64,000 bases of DNA from Candidatus Eiseniibacteriota bacterium (GTDB lineage Bacteria > Eisenbacteria > RBG-16-71-46): positions 1,647,200 through 1,711,199 of the forward strand of contig CAVSAC010000014.1 of the NCBI GenBank assembly GCA_963725865.1. Direction: 5' to 3'. Position 1 is the first letter of the stretch. Each line of letters begins with the position of its first letter. Of the stretch, positions 24,865-35,001 are shown piece by piece. The notes beneath the pieces are model-generated. The model saw nothing but the letters and a program-made list of their open reading frames with translations, searched no databases and was not told the DNA's origin. A program made the position numbers and the translations under genes.

Positions 24865-25666
24865 ACCCCCAGATGTCCGGCTCAGGTCGACGCCCTCGAG
24901 CGCCTCGCGCGCGATCGCGCGCGGGATCGCGAAGTGGCGCTCGATCACCTCGGGCAGCCGCTCGCGGTCCTCGATGCGCGTCGTGCGCGCGGTGGTGCCC
25001 GCCGACTCGATCAGCGTGAGGTTGTGGAGCACGACCGAGCGGCCCGGGAAAGAAGCGCACCGCCACCAGCGCGTTCATGAACGTCGCATCGTCGCGGAAC
25101 GAGTCGGCGATCACCGCGGCGAACTCCTCGATGCGCCGCGGCTCGGGCTTCAGCAGGTAGCCGTGCTGGAGCACGCCGTCGCGGTACAGGTCGAGCCGCG
25201 AGCGCCCGGCCGCATCCTGCGGTCGCAGCACGTAGCGCTCGCGCCCCAGCTCGATCACGTGGTCGCGGTCGAGGTCGCGCGGCAGCGGCGCGAGGAACGG
25301 CGCGCCGTAGCCGCCGTCGACGATGTGCTCGTGCCCGTCCACCGTCACGATGCACGCGAGGTGGACGTCGGGCTTCGTCATGTCCGCGCCGCACAGCCGG
25401 ACGTCGTAGCCGAGCTCGGCGAGCAACCCGTGCAGGTGGAGGTTGTTCGGGTAGCAGGTGCCGCCGAAGTGGTGGCGCTCGACGCCGTCGAGATGGCGCT
25501 CGAGGTCGGGCAGCTCGCGCAGCCCGGCGCGGCGGCGGTGGAGCTTCGAGACGTTCTCGAACGGCACGCGCGTGAGCTGCGCCCGCACCAGCTCGTCCAG
25601 CGCGGCGAGCGAGGGCGCCCGCGCCGGGACACCGAGCAGGCGCAGGTAGCGCTCGCTGGAACTCAA
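24863..25666 (-). CDS. Arylamine N-acetyltransferase family protein (apparent frameshift near 25045)
   Basis: VPFEN, GGTCYPNN (catalytic Cys), DVHLA (His), IVDGGYG (Asp); TTG start overlaps the upstream stop. Confidence 0.8.
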   Translation of the reverse strand: MSSSERYLRLLGVPARAPSLAALDELVRAQLTRVPFENVSKLHRRRAGLRELPDLERHLDGVERHHFGGTCYPNNLHLHGLLAELGYDVRLCGADMTKPDVHLACIVTVDGHEHIVDGGYGAPFLAPLPRDLDRDHVIELGRERYVLRPQDAAGRSRLDLYRDGVLQHGYLLKPEPRRIEEFAAVIADSFRDDATFMNALVAVRFFPGPLGRAPQPHADRVGGHHRAHDAHRGPRAAARGDRAPLRDPARDRARGARGRRPEPDIWG

Positions 25667-26409
25667 CGCATCGCCTTCGGCGCCGGCAGCGGTGGTCCCC
25701 AGCCTGCGCCCTTGCCGGCCCAGGTCTGCTTGGCGATCGGCAGGTGCGCGACCTCGTTGAACACCACCAGCCGGGTGCTGCCGTCCGGCTTGATGGTGAT
25801 GATCGTGAGTCCGCCATTGGCGATGTCCATGTAGGCCCACTGGCGCGGGTCGGCGCCGATCGCGCGGGTCACGAACCAGCGGATCACGTTGCCGTGGCAG
25901 ACGAGCACCTCGTGGGTGTCGCCGGCGGGCGCCGGACGCGCGTACTCGGCCCAGGCGGCCTCGAGCTGCGCCAGCGACGAGTCGGCTTCGCCCTGCGAGT
26001 GCTGGCGCAGGTCGGTGCGGCTCGCGGGCGGCTCGCACTCGTTGAGCAGCGAGTCGCGCTCGACCGCCACGCCCAGCACCGGCCCGATGATGTCGCCCGT
26101 CTCCATGGCGCGCGCGAACCGGCTGGTGCGCACCGCGGAGAAGTGGACGGGCAGCGACTTCAGCCGCCGCGCCACGAGCCGCGCCTGTTCGCGGCCGAGC
26201 GCGTCGAGGTGCTTGCCCACGCGCTCGTCGGCCGGGTCCTTGAAGTCGTAGTAGCCGTGGCGCACCAGGTACAGCGTGCGGGTGCCCGCGACCGCATGCG
26301 GCGGCGGGGTCTCGGGCGTGCGCTGGTCCGCGGCGCGGACCACCGCGGCGGGAGCGAGGGACAGAGCGGCGGTCACCACCAGGCTCAGCGATCCGATCCA
26401 GCGCTTCAT
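25663..26409 (-). CDS. Exported histidine phosphatase (phosphoglycerate mutase/PGAM5-like)
   Basis: LYLVRHG, RAMETG, LVCHGNVIR; signal peptide. Confidence 0.85.
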   Translation of the reverse strand: MKRWIGSLSLVVTAALSLAPAAVVRAADQRTPETPPPHAVAGTRTLYLVRHGYYDFKDPADERVGKHLDALGREQARLVARRLKSLPVHFSAVRTSRFARAMETGDIIGPVLGVAVERDSLLNECEPPASRTDLRQHSQGEADSSLAQLEAAWAEYARPAPAGDTHEVLVCHGNVIRWFVTRAIGADPRQWAYMDIANGGLTIITIKPDGSTRLVVFNEVAHLPIAKQTWAGKGAGWGPPLPAPKAMR

Positions 26410-27422
26410 GTCGTCTCCCCGGAGTCGCTCTCGGACTCCTTCGTGGGTTCCACCGGCCGCACCAGGATCATCTTCTCGCGCTCGCACTGCGCCAGCCCGG
26501 CGGGCGACTTGCGCGGCTTGCGCACGTACTTCTTCAGCGTCCAGATCACCGGCACCTTGCCGGCAGTGCGCGCCTGCGAGAAGAACGCGGTCCACGACGC
26601 GACCTCTGCGAGCGTCGCCTTGCTCGGCTCGTCCTTGCCCTTGCCGCGCCGCAGCACGACGTGGCTCCCGGGGCTGCCCTGGACGTGGAACCAGTAGTCC
26701 TCGGGCCGTGCCAGCGTGTGCGTCAGGTAGTCGTTGCCTTCGTTGTTGCGGCCGATCAGCACGTCCCAGCCCTCGCGCGTCCGATACCGCCGCGGCTGCA
26801 GCCGTGCGTTGGGCGCGCGCGCCGCGCCGCGCGCCACCGTCTCGGCGGTGACGCGCGCCGGCGCGCCGCCACCGCGCGGCGCGCGCGCGATGCCGGCGCG
26901 CAGCGCGGGGGGTAGCGCCGCGAGCGCCGCGTCGAGCTCCTCCACGATCGGGCCCTCGATCACCACCGGCTCGCCGATCGCCACCCGCGCCGCGGCCTCG
27001 CTGCGCGCGGTGTCGGCGCGCTCGAGCAGCCGCCGCAGCGCGTGCAGCTCCGACTCCAGCGCCGCGATGCGCGGCGGGATCTCGGCGAGCGCCCGCTCGC
27101 CCTTGGCGGCGCGCTTGAAGTAGCGGGCGGCGTTGACCTGCGGGCTCACCGCGGGATCGAGCACGATCTCGAACGCGTGGGTCTGCTCGGCCGGATCCGG
27201 CAGGGTCACCTTCGTCGCGCGGGCCGGCACCTGCCGCAGGTAGGCGAGCAGCGCCTCGGCGTGGCGGCGGTGGACCGGCGCGCGCTCGGCCTCGAGCAGG
27301 TCGCCACGCACGGCCTCGAGCTTGCGCGCCAGCTTGTCGCGCTGCTTCCTGAGCGCGCGGACGATCTCAGCCTGACGCGCGGCGGCGGACTGCTCGGGAG
27401 TGGGGGGGCGCGGGGGTTCCAT
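26406..27422 (-). CDS. NFACT RNA-binding domain protein (Rqc2/RqcH/FbpA-like, short form)
   Basis: NAARYFKRAAK coiled coil; GRNNEGNDYLT, WFHVQGSPGSHVV, KYVRKP. Confidence 0.8.
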   Translation of the reverse strand: MEPPRPPTPEQSAAARQAEIVRALRKQRDKLARKLEAVRGDLLEAERAPVHRRHAEALLAYLRQVPARATKVTLPDPAEQTHAFEIVLDPAVSPQVNAARYFKRAAKGERALAEIPPRIAALESELHALRRLLERADTARSEAAARVAIGEPVVIEGPIVEELDAALAALPPALRAGIARAPRGGGAPARVTAETVARGAARAPNARLQPRRYRTREGWDVLIGRNNEGNDYLTHTLARPEDYWFHVQGSPGSHVVLRRGKGKDEPSKATLAEVASWTAFFSQARTAGKVPVIWTLKKYVRKPRKSPAGLAQCEREKMILVRPVEPTKESESDSGETT

Positions 27423-27587
27423 GGCGCGCGGAAACTAACGTGCGAAGTCCCGCGCGGCAAAGGGCCCGGGCCCCAGAGCGCGGGAACCGCCCCGGGGCGA
27501 CCGGCATTGCAGGGAGTGATCGCGGGCCGCGGGGCCGCGCCCGAGTCGGGCTTGACGCTCGCGGATCGCGGCGCCACGCTGCGCGCC

Positions 27588-27965
27588 ATGAGTGCCTGCC
27601 AGTGCCATCAGTGCGGCGCCGCGGTGGAGGTGGACGAGCCGCTGGCGCGCGACGCCGAGTGCCCATCGTGCGGGCGCGACCTGCGCTGCTGCCTCAACTG
27701 CCGGCACCACGACCCGAACTACCACAACCAGTGCCGCGAGACCGAGGCCGATCAGGTCGAGGATCGCGACCGGCGGAACTTCTGCGAGTTCTTCTCGTTC
27801 ACCCGCGCGCCGTTCGCACCGTCCGCCGCGGGCGGCACGCGCGAGTCCGCGGCGCGCGCGAAGCTCGATGCGCTGTTCGGCGGCACGCCGAGCGCCTCGC
27901 CTTCGGGCACCGCGCGCGAAAAGCTCGAGTCGTTGTTCAAGAAGCCGAAGCCGGGCTCGGAGTAG
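27588..27965 (+). CDS. Cys-rich zinc-ribbon hypothetical protein
   Basis: CHQC, CPSC, CCLNC, NQCRE, NFCEFF. Confidence 0.7.
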   Translation: MSACQCHQCGAAVEVDEPLARDAECPSCGRDLRCCLNCRHHDPNYHNQCRETEADQVEDRDRRNFCEFFSFTRAPFAPSAAGGTRESAARAKLDALFGGTPSASPSGTAREKLESLFKKPKPGSE

Positions 27966-28111
27966 CCGCCTCCCAGTGCCCCGGTCGCTCCCGCGCCGAC
28001 CCGCCTCGCGCCCGCGTCGATCGCGCACGGAACCGCGCTGAGCGCGCTCGTGCGCGCTTTGACGCCGCGCGGTCCACTGGGCTACCTTCCGTCCTCCCAC
28101 GGAGGTCCTGG

Positions 28112-28990
28112 ATGATCCGAAGCATGACCGGGTTCGGTTCGACCGACCTGGAACACGACGGGCAGCGGCTGACGGCGGAGATCCGCTCGGTCAACCACCG
28201 GTTCTGCGAGGTCTCGGTCCGCGCGCCCAAGCTGGTGCAGCTGTTCGAGGACCGCATCCGCCAGCTGATCCAGGAGCGCTTCTCGCGCGGCAAGTTCAAC
28301 CTGACCATCACCTGGTCGGGGGCCGGGGACAGCGGCGAGGTCCTCAAGCTGAACGAGATCGCCGCCGACCGCTACGTGGCCCTGCTCACGCAGCTCAAGC
28401 AGCGCTACGGCCTCACCCAGCAGATCGACCTGCGCACGCTGGCGGCGCTGCCGGACCTGTTCGAGTGGGAGCACACGGCGCTGTCGGACGACGAGACCTG
28501 GGCGCTGGTCAAGCGGGTGGTCGACGGCTGCTGCGACAACATGAACACGATGAAGGGGCGCGAGGGCGAGGCGCTCGCGAAGGACCTGATCGAGCGGCTG
28601 AAGCTGATCCGCATCCAGCTCGATCTGGTGACGGTGCGCGCGCCGTACCGCCCGCAGGAGGCCAAGGAACGTCTCGAGGGCCGCGTCAAGCAGCTGCTCG
28701 GCGATGTCGAGATGGACCCGATCCGCGTCGCGCAGGAGATCGCGCTGATGGTGGACCGCCTCGACTGCACCGAGGAGTGCGTGCGGCTGGCGGCGCACCT
28801 GGACCAGTTCCGCGCGCTGGTGGAGGGGCAGGAGCTCGCGGGCCGCAAGCTGAACTTCCTGCTGCAGGAGATGAACCGCGAGGCGAACACGATCGGCTCC
28901 AAGTCGAACGACGTCGAGACCACCCGCGCGGTCATCGTCATGAAGGAAGAGATCGAGCGCCTGCGCGAGCAGGTGCAGAACGTGGAGTGA
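28112..28990 (+). CDS. yicC: YicC/YloC family endoribonuclease
   Basis: MIRSMTGFG, SVNHRF, GRKLNFLLQEMNREANTIGSK, REQVQNVE. Confidence 0.95.
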   Translation: MIRSMTGFGSTDLEHDGQRLTAEIRSVNHRFCEVSVRAPKLVQLFEDRIRQLIQERFSRGKFNLTITWSGAGDSGEVLKLNEIAADRYVALLTQLKQRYGLTQQIDLRTLAALPDLFEWEHTALSDDETWALVKRVVDGCCDNMNTMKGREGEALAKDLIERLKLIRIQLDLVTVRAPYRPQEAKERLEGRVKQLLGDVEMDPIRVAQEIALMVDRLDCTEECVRLAAHLDQFRALVEGQELAGRKLNFLLQEMNREANTIGSKSNDVETTRAVIVMKEEIERLREQVQNVE

Positions 28991-29634
28991 CGTTGACGGC
29001 CGACACCGCAGCCGGCGCCACGACGACGCGAACCCCGTTCCGCTTCGAGCGCGGCGGGTTCCTGCTGGTACTCACCGGGCCCTCGGGCGCCGGCAAGGGC
29101 ACGCTGGTGGACCGGCTGATCGCGGAACGTCCGGAGTGCTCGTTCTCGGTCTCGGCGACGACGCGCCCGCAGCGTGCCGGCGAGTCCGACGGCGTGCAGT
29201 ACGAGTTCGTCGACGCCGCGGAGTTCCAGCGACGGCGCGCGGCCGGCGAGTTCCTGGAGTGGGCCGAGGTGCACGGCAATCTGTACGCGACCCCGTGGAA
29301 GTTCGTCGACGATGGCGTGCGCGCGGGCCGCGTGGTGGTGTTGGACGTCGACGTGCAAGGCGGCGCCAGCGTGCGCGTGGCGCGCCCCGACGCGGTCTCG
29401 GTGTTCGTCTATCCGCCCAGCTTCGACGCGCTGCGGCAGCGGCTGCTGCACCGCAGCACCGACGCGCCGGAGGTCATCGAGACGCGCCTGCGGAACGCCC
29501 CCGGCGAGCTGGCGCAGTGGAAGGAGTACCAGTACCTGGTCGAGAACGACGATCTCGAGCGCGCGACCCGCCGCCTGGTCGCGATCGTCGACGCCGAGCG
29601 CGCGCGGGTGTCCCGCATGCGCGCGGCGTACTAG
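28987..29634 (+). CDS. gmk: Guanylate kinase
   Basis: GPSGAGKGT, SATTRPQR, EWAEVHGNLY. Confidence 0.95.
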   Translation: MTLTADTAAGATTTRTPFRFERGGFLLVLTGPSGAGKGTLVDRLIAERPECSFSVSATTRPQRAGESDGVQYEFVDAAEFQRRRAAGEFLEWAEVHGNLYATPWKFVDDGVRAGRVVVLDVDVQGGASVRVARPDAVSVFVYPPSFDALRQRLLHRSTDAPEVIETRLRNAPGELAQWKEYQYLVENDDLERATRRLVAIVDAERARVSRMRAAY

Positions 29635-29682
29635 GCAGACCCGGCCGCCCGACTCACCGCCCCACATCCCGAGGAGAGACCC

Positions 29683-29901
29683 ATGAAGCTGGCTTCCCTG
29701 GTCCCGCCGCCCGGCACCAACAAGTACGAGCTCGCGATCGTCGCGGCGCGCGAAGCCCGCCGGCTCAACGAGCAGTCGCGGATGTCCGGGCAGAGCGTGC
29801 CGGGCAAGGTGACGGCGCTGGCGCTCGAGCGCGCCATCAAGGGCGACGCGCCGCACTTCTACGACGACCCGGACAACCCGGCCATCCCGAACATCATCTG
29901 A
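29683..29901 (+). CDS. rpoZ: RNA polymerase omega subunit
   Basis: NKYELAIVAAREARRLN; located between gmk and coaBC. Confidence 0.85.
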   Translation: MKLASLVPPPGTNKYELAIVAAREARRLNEQSRMSGQSVPGKVTALALERAIKGDAPHFYDDPDNPAIPNII

Positions 29902-29909
29902 GCGGCCCG

Positions 29910-31262
29910 ATGCTGCGCGGCCGGATCGTCGTCGTCGGAGTCTCGGGCGGCATCGCCGCCTACAAGGCGTGTGAACTCGTGCGCTGGCTCAAGACGCGCG
30001 AGGCGACGGTCATCGTGGTCATGACGTCGGCGGCGACCGAGTTCGTCACGCCGCTGACGTTCCAGACGCTGTCGGGCAATCCGGTCGTGACGGGCCTGTG
30101 GGGCGACCAGCGCCCGAGCTTCGACCTGCCGCCGGAGGCGGCGGCGCGCCGCGGCGGCCGCGTCGAGCACGTGGACGTCGCCGAGGTCGCCGATTGCATC
30201 GTGGTCGCGCCGGCGACCGCGAGCCTGCTGGCGCGCGTGGCGCACGGCGAGGCGCCCGACGCGCTCGGCGCGACGCTCCTCGCGAGCCGCGCGCCGGTGG
30301 TGCTCTGCCCCGCGATGGACCTGGAGATGTGGCGGAACGCCGCGACCCAGGCGAACGTGCGCACGCTCGCCGCGCGTGGCGTCACGGTGGTGCCACCCGA
30401 CATCGGCTTCCTCGCCTCGGGCCTCGCGGGCCCCGGCCGGCTGCCCTCGATCGAGACCATCGGCGCCGCCGTCGAGCACGCGCTGATGCGGCGCGCGAGC
30501 CTGGCGGGAATCCGGGTGCTGGTGAGCGCGGGCCGCACCGAGGAGGCGATCGATCCGGTGCGCGTGCTCACGAACCGCTCGAGTGGCCGCATGGGCGTGG
30601 CGCTCGCCGAGGCGGCGCTGGCGCGCGGCGCGGACGTGACGCTGGTGGCGGGACCGATGAGCGTCGACGCGCCGATGCGCGCGGACGTGGTGCGCGTGAC
30701 GAGCGCCGCCGAGATGGCGAAGGCGCTCGCCGGGCACGCCGGGCGCAGCGACGTGGTGCTGATGGCGGCCGCGGTCGCGGACTACCGTCCCGCGCAGCCG
30801 GCGCGCGAGAAGCTCAAGCGCGGCGCCGGTTCGCGCACCCTCACGCTGGAGCCGAACCCCGACATCCTCGCCGGGCTCGCGCGCCGGCGCCGCGCGGGAC
30901 AGGTGTTCGTGGGCTTCGCGCTCGAGACCTCGCGCGGGCTCGCGCACGCGCGCGCCAAGCTGACGGCCAAGGGTGTGGACCTGATGGTGCTCAACTCACC
31001 GGCCGAGGGGATCGGCGGCGACACCAACGTGGTCACGCTGGTGGAGCCGCGCGGCGCGAAGCGCCTGCCCAAGGCGAGCAAGCGCGAGCTCGCGGAGCAG
31101 ATCCTCGATCGCGTGCTCGAGCTGCGGATCGGATTCCTGAACGAGCGCGCGCGTCCCGCGCGGCGTCCGTCCGCGACCGGATCGAGTCGCCGTCGCCCGG
31201 CGCCGGGCGCGAGCAACCAGCCCCGGCGGGCGCGGCGCGCGCCGGCGCGGAGACCGCGATGA
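29910..31262 (+). CDS. coaBC: Bifunctional phosphopantothenoylcysteine decarboxylase/synthetase
   Basis: GVSGGIAAYKA, VAPATA, IDPVRVLTNRSSGRMG, AAVADYRP, VGFALET. Confidence 0.95.
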   Translation: MLRGRIVVVGVSGGIAAYKACELVRWLKTREATVIVVMTSAATEFVTPLTFQTLSGNPVVTGLWGDQRPSFDLPPEAAARRGGRVEHVDVAEVADCIVVAPATASLLARVAHGEAPDALGATLLASRAPVVLCPAMDLEMWRNAATQANVRTLAARGVTVVPPDIGFLASGLAGPGRLPSIETIGAAVEHALMRRASLAGIRVLVSAGRTEEAIDPVRVLTNRSSGRMGVALAEAALARGADVTLVAGPMSVDAPMRADVVRVTSAAEMAKALAGHAGRSDVVLMAAAVADYRPAQPAREKLKRGAGSRTLTLEPNPDILAGLARRRRAGQVFVGFALETSRGLAHARAKLTAKGVDLMVLNSPAEGIGGDTNVVTLVEPRGAKRLPKASKRELAEQILDRVLELRIGFLNERARPARRPSATGSSRRRPAPGASNQPRRARRAPARRPR

Positions 31263-32294
31263 GCGATTCCCGCGCCGAGCTCGCGGACATCGCGCGCGGC
31301 GTGCGGCGCCAGCTCGAGCGCGCCCGCGCGGCGGGCGGCGGCGAGCTGCTCGCCACCGCGGCGCTCAGGGCGCAGCGCGCCCGCGCGGCCGCGCCGGCGT
31401 CACCGGCACCCGCGAGTGCCCCGGCGCCCGGCCCGCGCCCCGACCTCGCGCGGGACGCCGGCTCGTCCGCGCCGCGCGCGAGCTCTGCGTCCGCCCGCGC
31501 GCGAGGTCGCCGCCGACGAGCGCGCCGAGATCGAGGAGGCGCTGGCGCGCGCGAGCGCGCTCCCGGCGCCCCTCCCCATCAGCGGCAGCCTGTTCGGCGA
31601 GCCCGCGGCGGTGGCGGCCGCGCCGCCGCGTGCGGGCGCCGCGCCGCTGCCGCGGTTCGCGGCGCCGCTGTTCCCGATCGATCCCGAGCGGCGCCGCGGG
31701 ATCGCGGAGCAGGCGGCCCCGGTGCTCGCCGCGATCGCCGAGGAGGTGAGGCGCTGCGCGCAGTGCGGGCTCGGCGGCCTGCGGACCAACGCCGTCCCGG
31801 GCGTCGGCACCGCGCTCAGCGGGATCGTGTTCGTGGGCGAGGGGCCGGGCGCCGACGAGGACCGGCTCGGCGAGCCGTTCGTGGGGCGCGCGGGCCAGCT
31901 GCTCGACCGCATCATCGCGGCGATGAACCAGGCGCACCTGCTGCCGGGGCTCACGCTCGATCGCACCACCGTCTACATCGCCAACATCGTGAAGTGCCGT
32001 CCCCCGGAGAATCGCGTGCCGCTGCCGGTCGAGGTCGAGGCCTGCACGCCGTACCTCAAGCGCCAGATCGCCGCCCTCCAGCCGCGCATCATCTGCTGCC
32101 TCGGCAAGACCGCGGCGGAGTTCCTGCTCGGCACCAAGGGCTCGCTCGGCGGCATGCGCGGTCGCATCTATCGCTACGAGGGCGCCAAGCTCATCGTGAC
32201 CTACCATCCGGCCGCCTGTCTGCGGAATCCCGAGTACAAGCGCCCGGTGTGGGAGGACATGCAGTTGCTCGCCCGCGAGTACCACGCCGACTGA
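31259..32294 (+). CDS. Uracil-DNA glycosylase family 4 with long N-terminal extension (frameshift near 31490)
   Basis: [41 protein letters not shown]; the N-terminus MSDSRAEL is in another frame. Confidence 0.85.
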
Positions 32295-32343
32295 ACGCAC
32301 GGGTTCGCGCGCGACCCGACGCGCGCGGGGGGAGACGAACACC

Positions 32344-35001
32344 ATGACCGACATCCTGCCGCGCCCCTCCGGGATGGTGCCCGAAGGTCCCACGCCGCCG
32401 CAGGCGCTCGAGGCGGAGCGCTCGGTGCTCGCCGCGATGCTCCTCGACCACGAATCGGTCGGCAAGGCGGTCGAGATGATGGACGCGAGCGTGTTCTATC
32501 GCGCCGCCCATCAGCGCATCTTCGACGCCATCGTCGGGCTCTACAACAAGAACGAGAAAGCCGACCTGGTCACGCTCTCGGAGGAGTTGCGCCGCCGCGG
32601 CGAGCTCGACCTGATCGGCGGACCGACGGCGCTGTCGCAGATCATGGAGTACGCGACCACGACCGCGAATCTCGAGCAGCACATCCGGCTCGTGCACTCG
32701 AAGGCGATCCTGCGCCTGCTGATCAAGGCGTCGAGTGAGATCCAGCAGGAGTGCTACGCCGCCGCCGAGGAGACGCCGATGATCCTCGACCGCGCGGAGC
32801 AGCGCATCTTCGAGATCACCGACCGCCGCGTGCGGCAGGGCTTCGTGTCGCTCAGGGAGCTGCTCAAGCCGGCGTTCGAGTACATCCACGAGCTGAGCGA
32901 ACGCAAGGCGCACGTCACCGGCGTGCCGTCCGGCTACGAGGACATCGACAAGCTCACGTCGGGCTTCCAGCCCAGCGACCTGGTGATCATCGCGGGGCGG
33001 CCCGGCTTCGGCAAGACCAGCCTCGCGATGAACATGGCCGAGAACGCGGCGATCCGCTTCAAGATCCCGGTCGCCATCTTCTCGCTCGAGATGAGCAAGG
33101 AACAGCTGGTCATGCGCATGCTCTGCTCGCAGAGCGAGGTCGCGCTGCACAAGGTGCGCAACGGTTACCTGGGGCAGGAAGACTGGCCGCGGCTCACCAC
33201 CGGCGCGGGGCTGCTGCAGGCGGCACCCATCATGATCGACGACTCGCCCGCGCTCAGCACGCTCGAGATCCGCGCCAAGTGCCGCCGCCTGCGCGCCGAG
33301 AACAAGCTCGGCCTGGTGGTGATCGACTACCTGCAGCTGATGCGCGCGAGCGGCTCGGTCGAGAACCGCGTGCAGGAGATCTCGCAGATCACGCGCGGGC
33401 TGAAAGCGCTGGCGAAGGAGCTGAAGATCCCGATCATCGCGCTCTCGCAGCTCTCGCGCGCGGTCGAGACGCGCGGCGGCGGCGGCCGGCCGCAGCTGTC
33501 GGATCTTCGTGAATCGGGCTGCCTCACGGCGGACACGCGCATCGTCCGCGCCGACACGGGCGCCGAGATGTCCCTCGGCGAGTTGCTGCTGCGTGGCGAG
33601 CGAAACATCCCCGTGTGGACTCTGGACGACGATCTGCGCCTGACCCGCGGCACGATGACGCACGTCTTCGCAAGCGGCGTGAAGCAGGTCTTCGAGCTGC
33701 GCATGACCTCGGGTCGCGACGTGAAGGCGAGCGCGAGCCACCCGTTCCGCACCCTCGATGGCTGGAAGCGACTGGACGAGTTGCGGCCGGGTGACCGGCT
33801 CGCGACCCCCCGACGGCTGCCGGATCCTGCGGTTCCCGAGGATTGGCCCGAGGCGGAGGTGGTGATGCTGGCGCACTTGCTCGGCGACGGGTGCGTCGCG
33901 TCGCGGCAGCCAGTTCACTACACCAGCGCCGATCCACAGAACCTCGAGGTAGTCGAGCGTGCCGCGGCTCACTTTGGCATCACGCCGCGGAGGGTGGCGC
34001 AGGGGAACTGGTGTCACGTCTATCTGCCCTCACCGGTTCCTCTCACGCACGGGCGGCGCAATCCGATTCAAGAGTGGCTATCTCGATTCGGACTCGATGG
34101 CCTTCGCAGCTGGGAGAAGTTCATCCCGCGGGAGGTCTTCGGTTTCTCGCACGCACAGTTGGCGTTGTTCGTGCGGCACCTGTGGGCTACGGATGGTTGC
34201 GTTCACCTGAGCAAGAGCGGCCAGCCGAGCATCTACTACGCTTCGTCGAGCCGCCGACTGGCGAGCGACGTGCAGATGCTGCTGCTTCGATTCGGCGTGG
34301 CTTCGCGACTCAAGTCCACGCGGAAGGGGGAGCACCGCCCGACCTATCAGCTCCACGTCACCGGAGTCGAGAATCAGCTGCGATTCCTCGGATGGGTCGA
34401 CGCGCACGGAGCCAAGGCCGAAGCCGCCGAGCGCATGCGCGAACGGCTGCGGGCCGTGGCGCCCAACACCAATGTGGACACGGTGCCCGTGGAGGTCTGG
34501 CAGGAAGTCAAGAGAGCCATGCGGGCGCGCGGAATGACCGCACGCGGCTTTGCGGCCGCGCTGGACACGGCGTATTGCGGAAGCACGCTCTACCGACACG
34601 CGCCCAGCCGGCAACGACTGACCGCAGTCGCGACCGCACTCGTCGAACCGGAGCTCGAGCGCCTCGCGGCCTCCGACGTCTTCTGGGACACCATCGCCTC
34701 GATCGAAGCGATCGGCGAACAGCCGGTCTTCGATGCCACGGTGCCGGGGACGCACAACTTCATCGCAGACGGCATCATTGCCCACAACTCGATCGAGCAG
34801 GATGCGGACCTCGTGATGTTCGTGTTCCGCGAGGAGAAGTACAAACCGGACGACCCGACGCTCAAGGGCAAGGCGCAGATCCTGATCGCCAAGCAGCGCA
34901 ACGGCCCGACCGGTGACGTGGACATGACGTTCCTGCACGAGTTCACCAAGTTCGTGCCGTTCAGCCCGCTCATGCCGGGCGAGGCGGATCCGGGGTTTTA
35001 G
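32344..35001 (+). CDS. dnaB: Replicative DNA helicase containing an intein
   Basis: PPQALEAERSVL, GRPGFGKT, IDYLQLM, SDLRESG|intein|SIEQDAD, AKQRNGPTG. Confidence 0.95.
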   Translation: MTDILPRPSGMVPEGPTPPQALEAERSVLAAMLLDHESVGKAVEMMDASVFYRAAHQRIFDAIVGLYNKNEKADLVTLSEELRRRGELDLIGGPTALSQIMEYATTTANLEQHIRLVHSKAILRLLIKASSEIQQECYAAAEETPMILDRAEQRIFEITDRRVRQGFVSLRELLKPAFEYIHELSERKAHVTGVPSGYEDIDKLTSGFQPSDLVIIAGRPGFGKTSLAMNMAENAAIRFKIPVAIFSLEMSKEQLVMRMLCSQSEVALHKVRNGYLGQEDWPRLTTGAGLLQAAPIMIDDSPALSTLEIRAKCRRLRAENKLGLVVIDYLQLMRASGSVENRVQEISQITRGLKALAKELKIPIIALSQLSRAVETRGGGGRPQLSDLRESGCLTADTRIVRADTGAEMSLGELLLRGERNIPVWTLDDDLRLTRGTMTHVFASGVKQVFELRMTSGRDVKASASHPFRTLDGWKRLDELRPGDRLATPRRLPDPAVPEDWPEAEVVMLAHLLGDGCVASRQPVHYTSADPQNLEVVERAAAHFGITPRRVAQGNWCHVYLPSPVPLTHGRRNPIQEWLSRFGLDGLRSWEKFIPREVFGFSHAQLALFVRHLWATDGCVHLSKSGQPSIYYASSSRRLASDVQMLLLRFGVASRLKSTRKGEHRPTYQLHVTGVENQLRFLGWVDAHGAKAEAAERMRERLRAVAPNTNVDTVPVEVWQEVKRAMRARGMTARGFAAALDTAYCGSTLYRHAPSRQRLTAVATALVEPELERLAASDVFWDTIASIEAIGEQPVFDATVPGTHNFIADGIIAHNSIEQDADLVMFVFREEKYKPDDPTLKGKAQILIAKQRNGPTGDVDMTFLHEFTKFVPFSPLMPGEADPGF
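33520..34788 (+). mobile_element. Intein (423 aa) with LAGLIDADG homing endonuclease in dnaB
   Basis: Begins CLTADT, ends IIAHN followed by Ser; block B HPF; LAHLLGDG and LWATDG motifs; RESG/SIEQD insertion site. Confidence 0.95.

Noticed and set aside
29859..29898. DDPDNP at the RpoZ C-terminus, resembling the GDPDxP motif
   Set aside because: Cytoplasmic housekeeping protein with no signal peptide and no Gly at the first position; probably coincidental.
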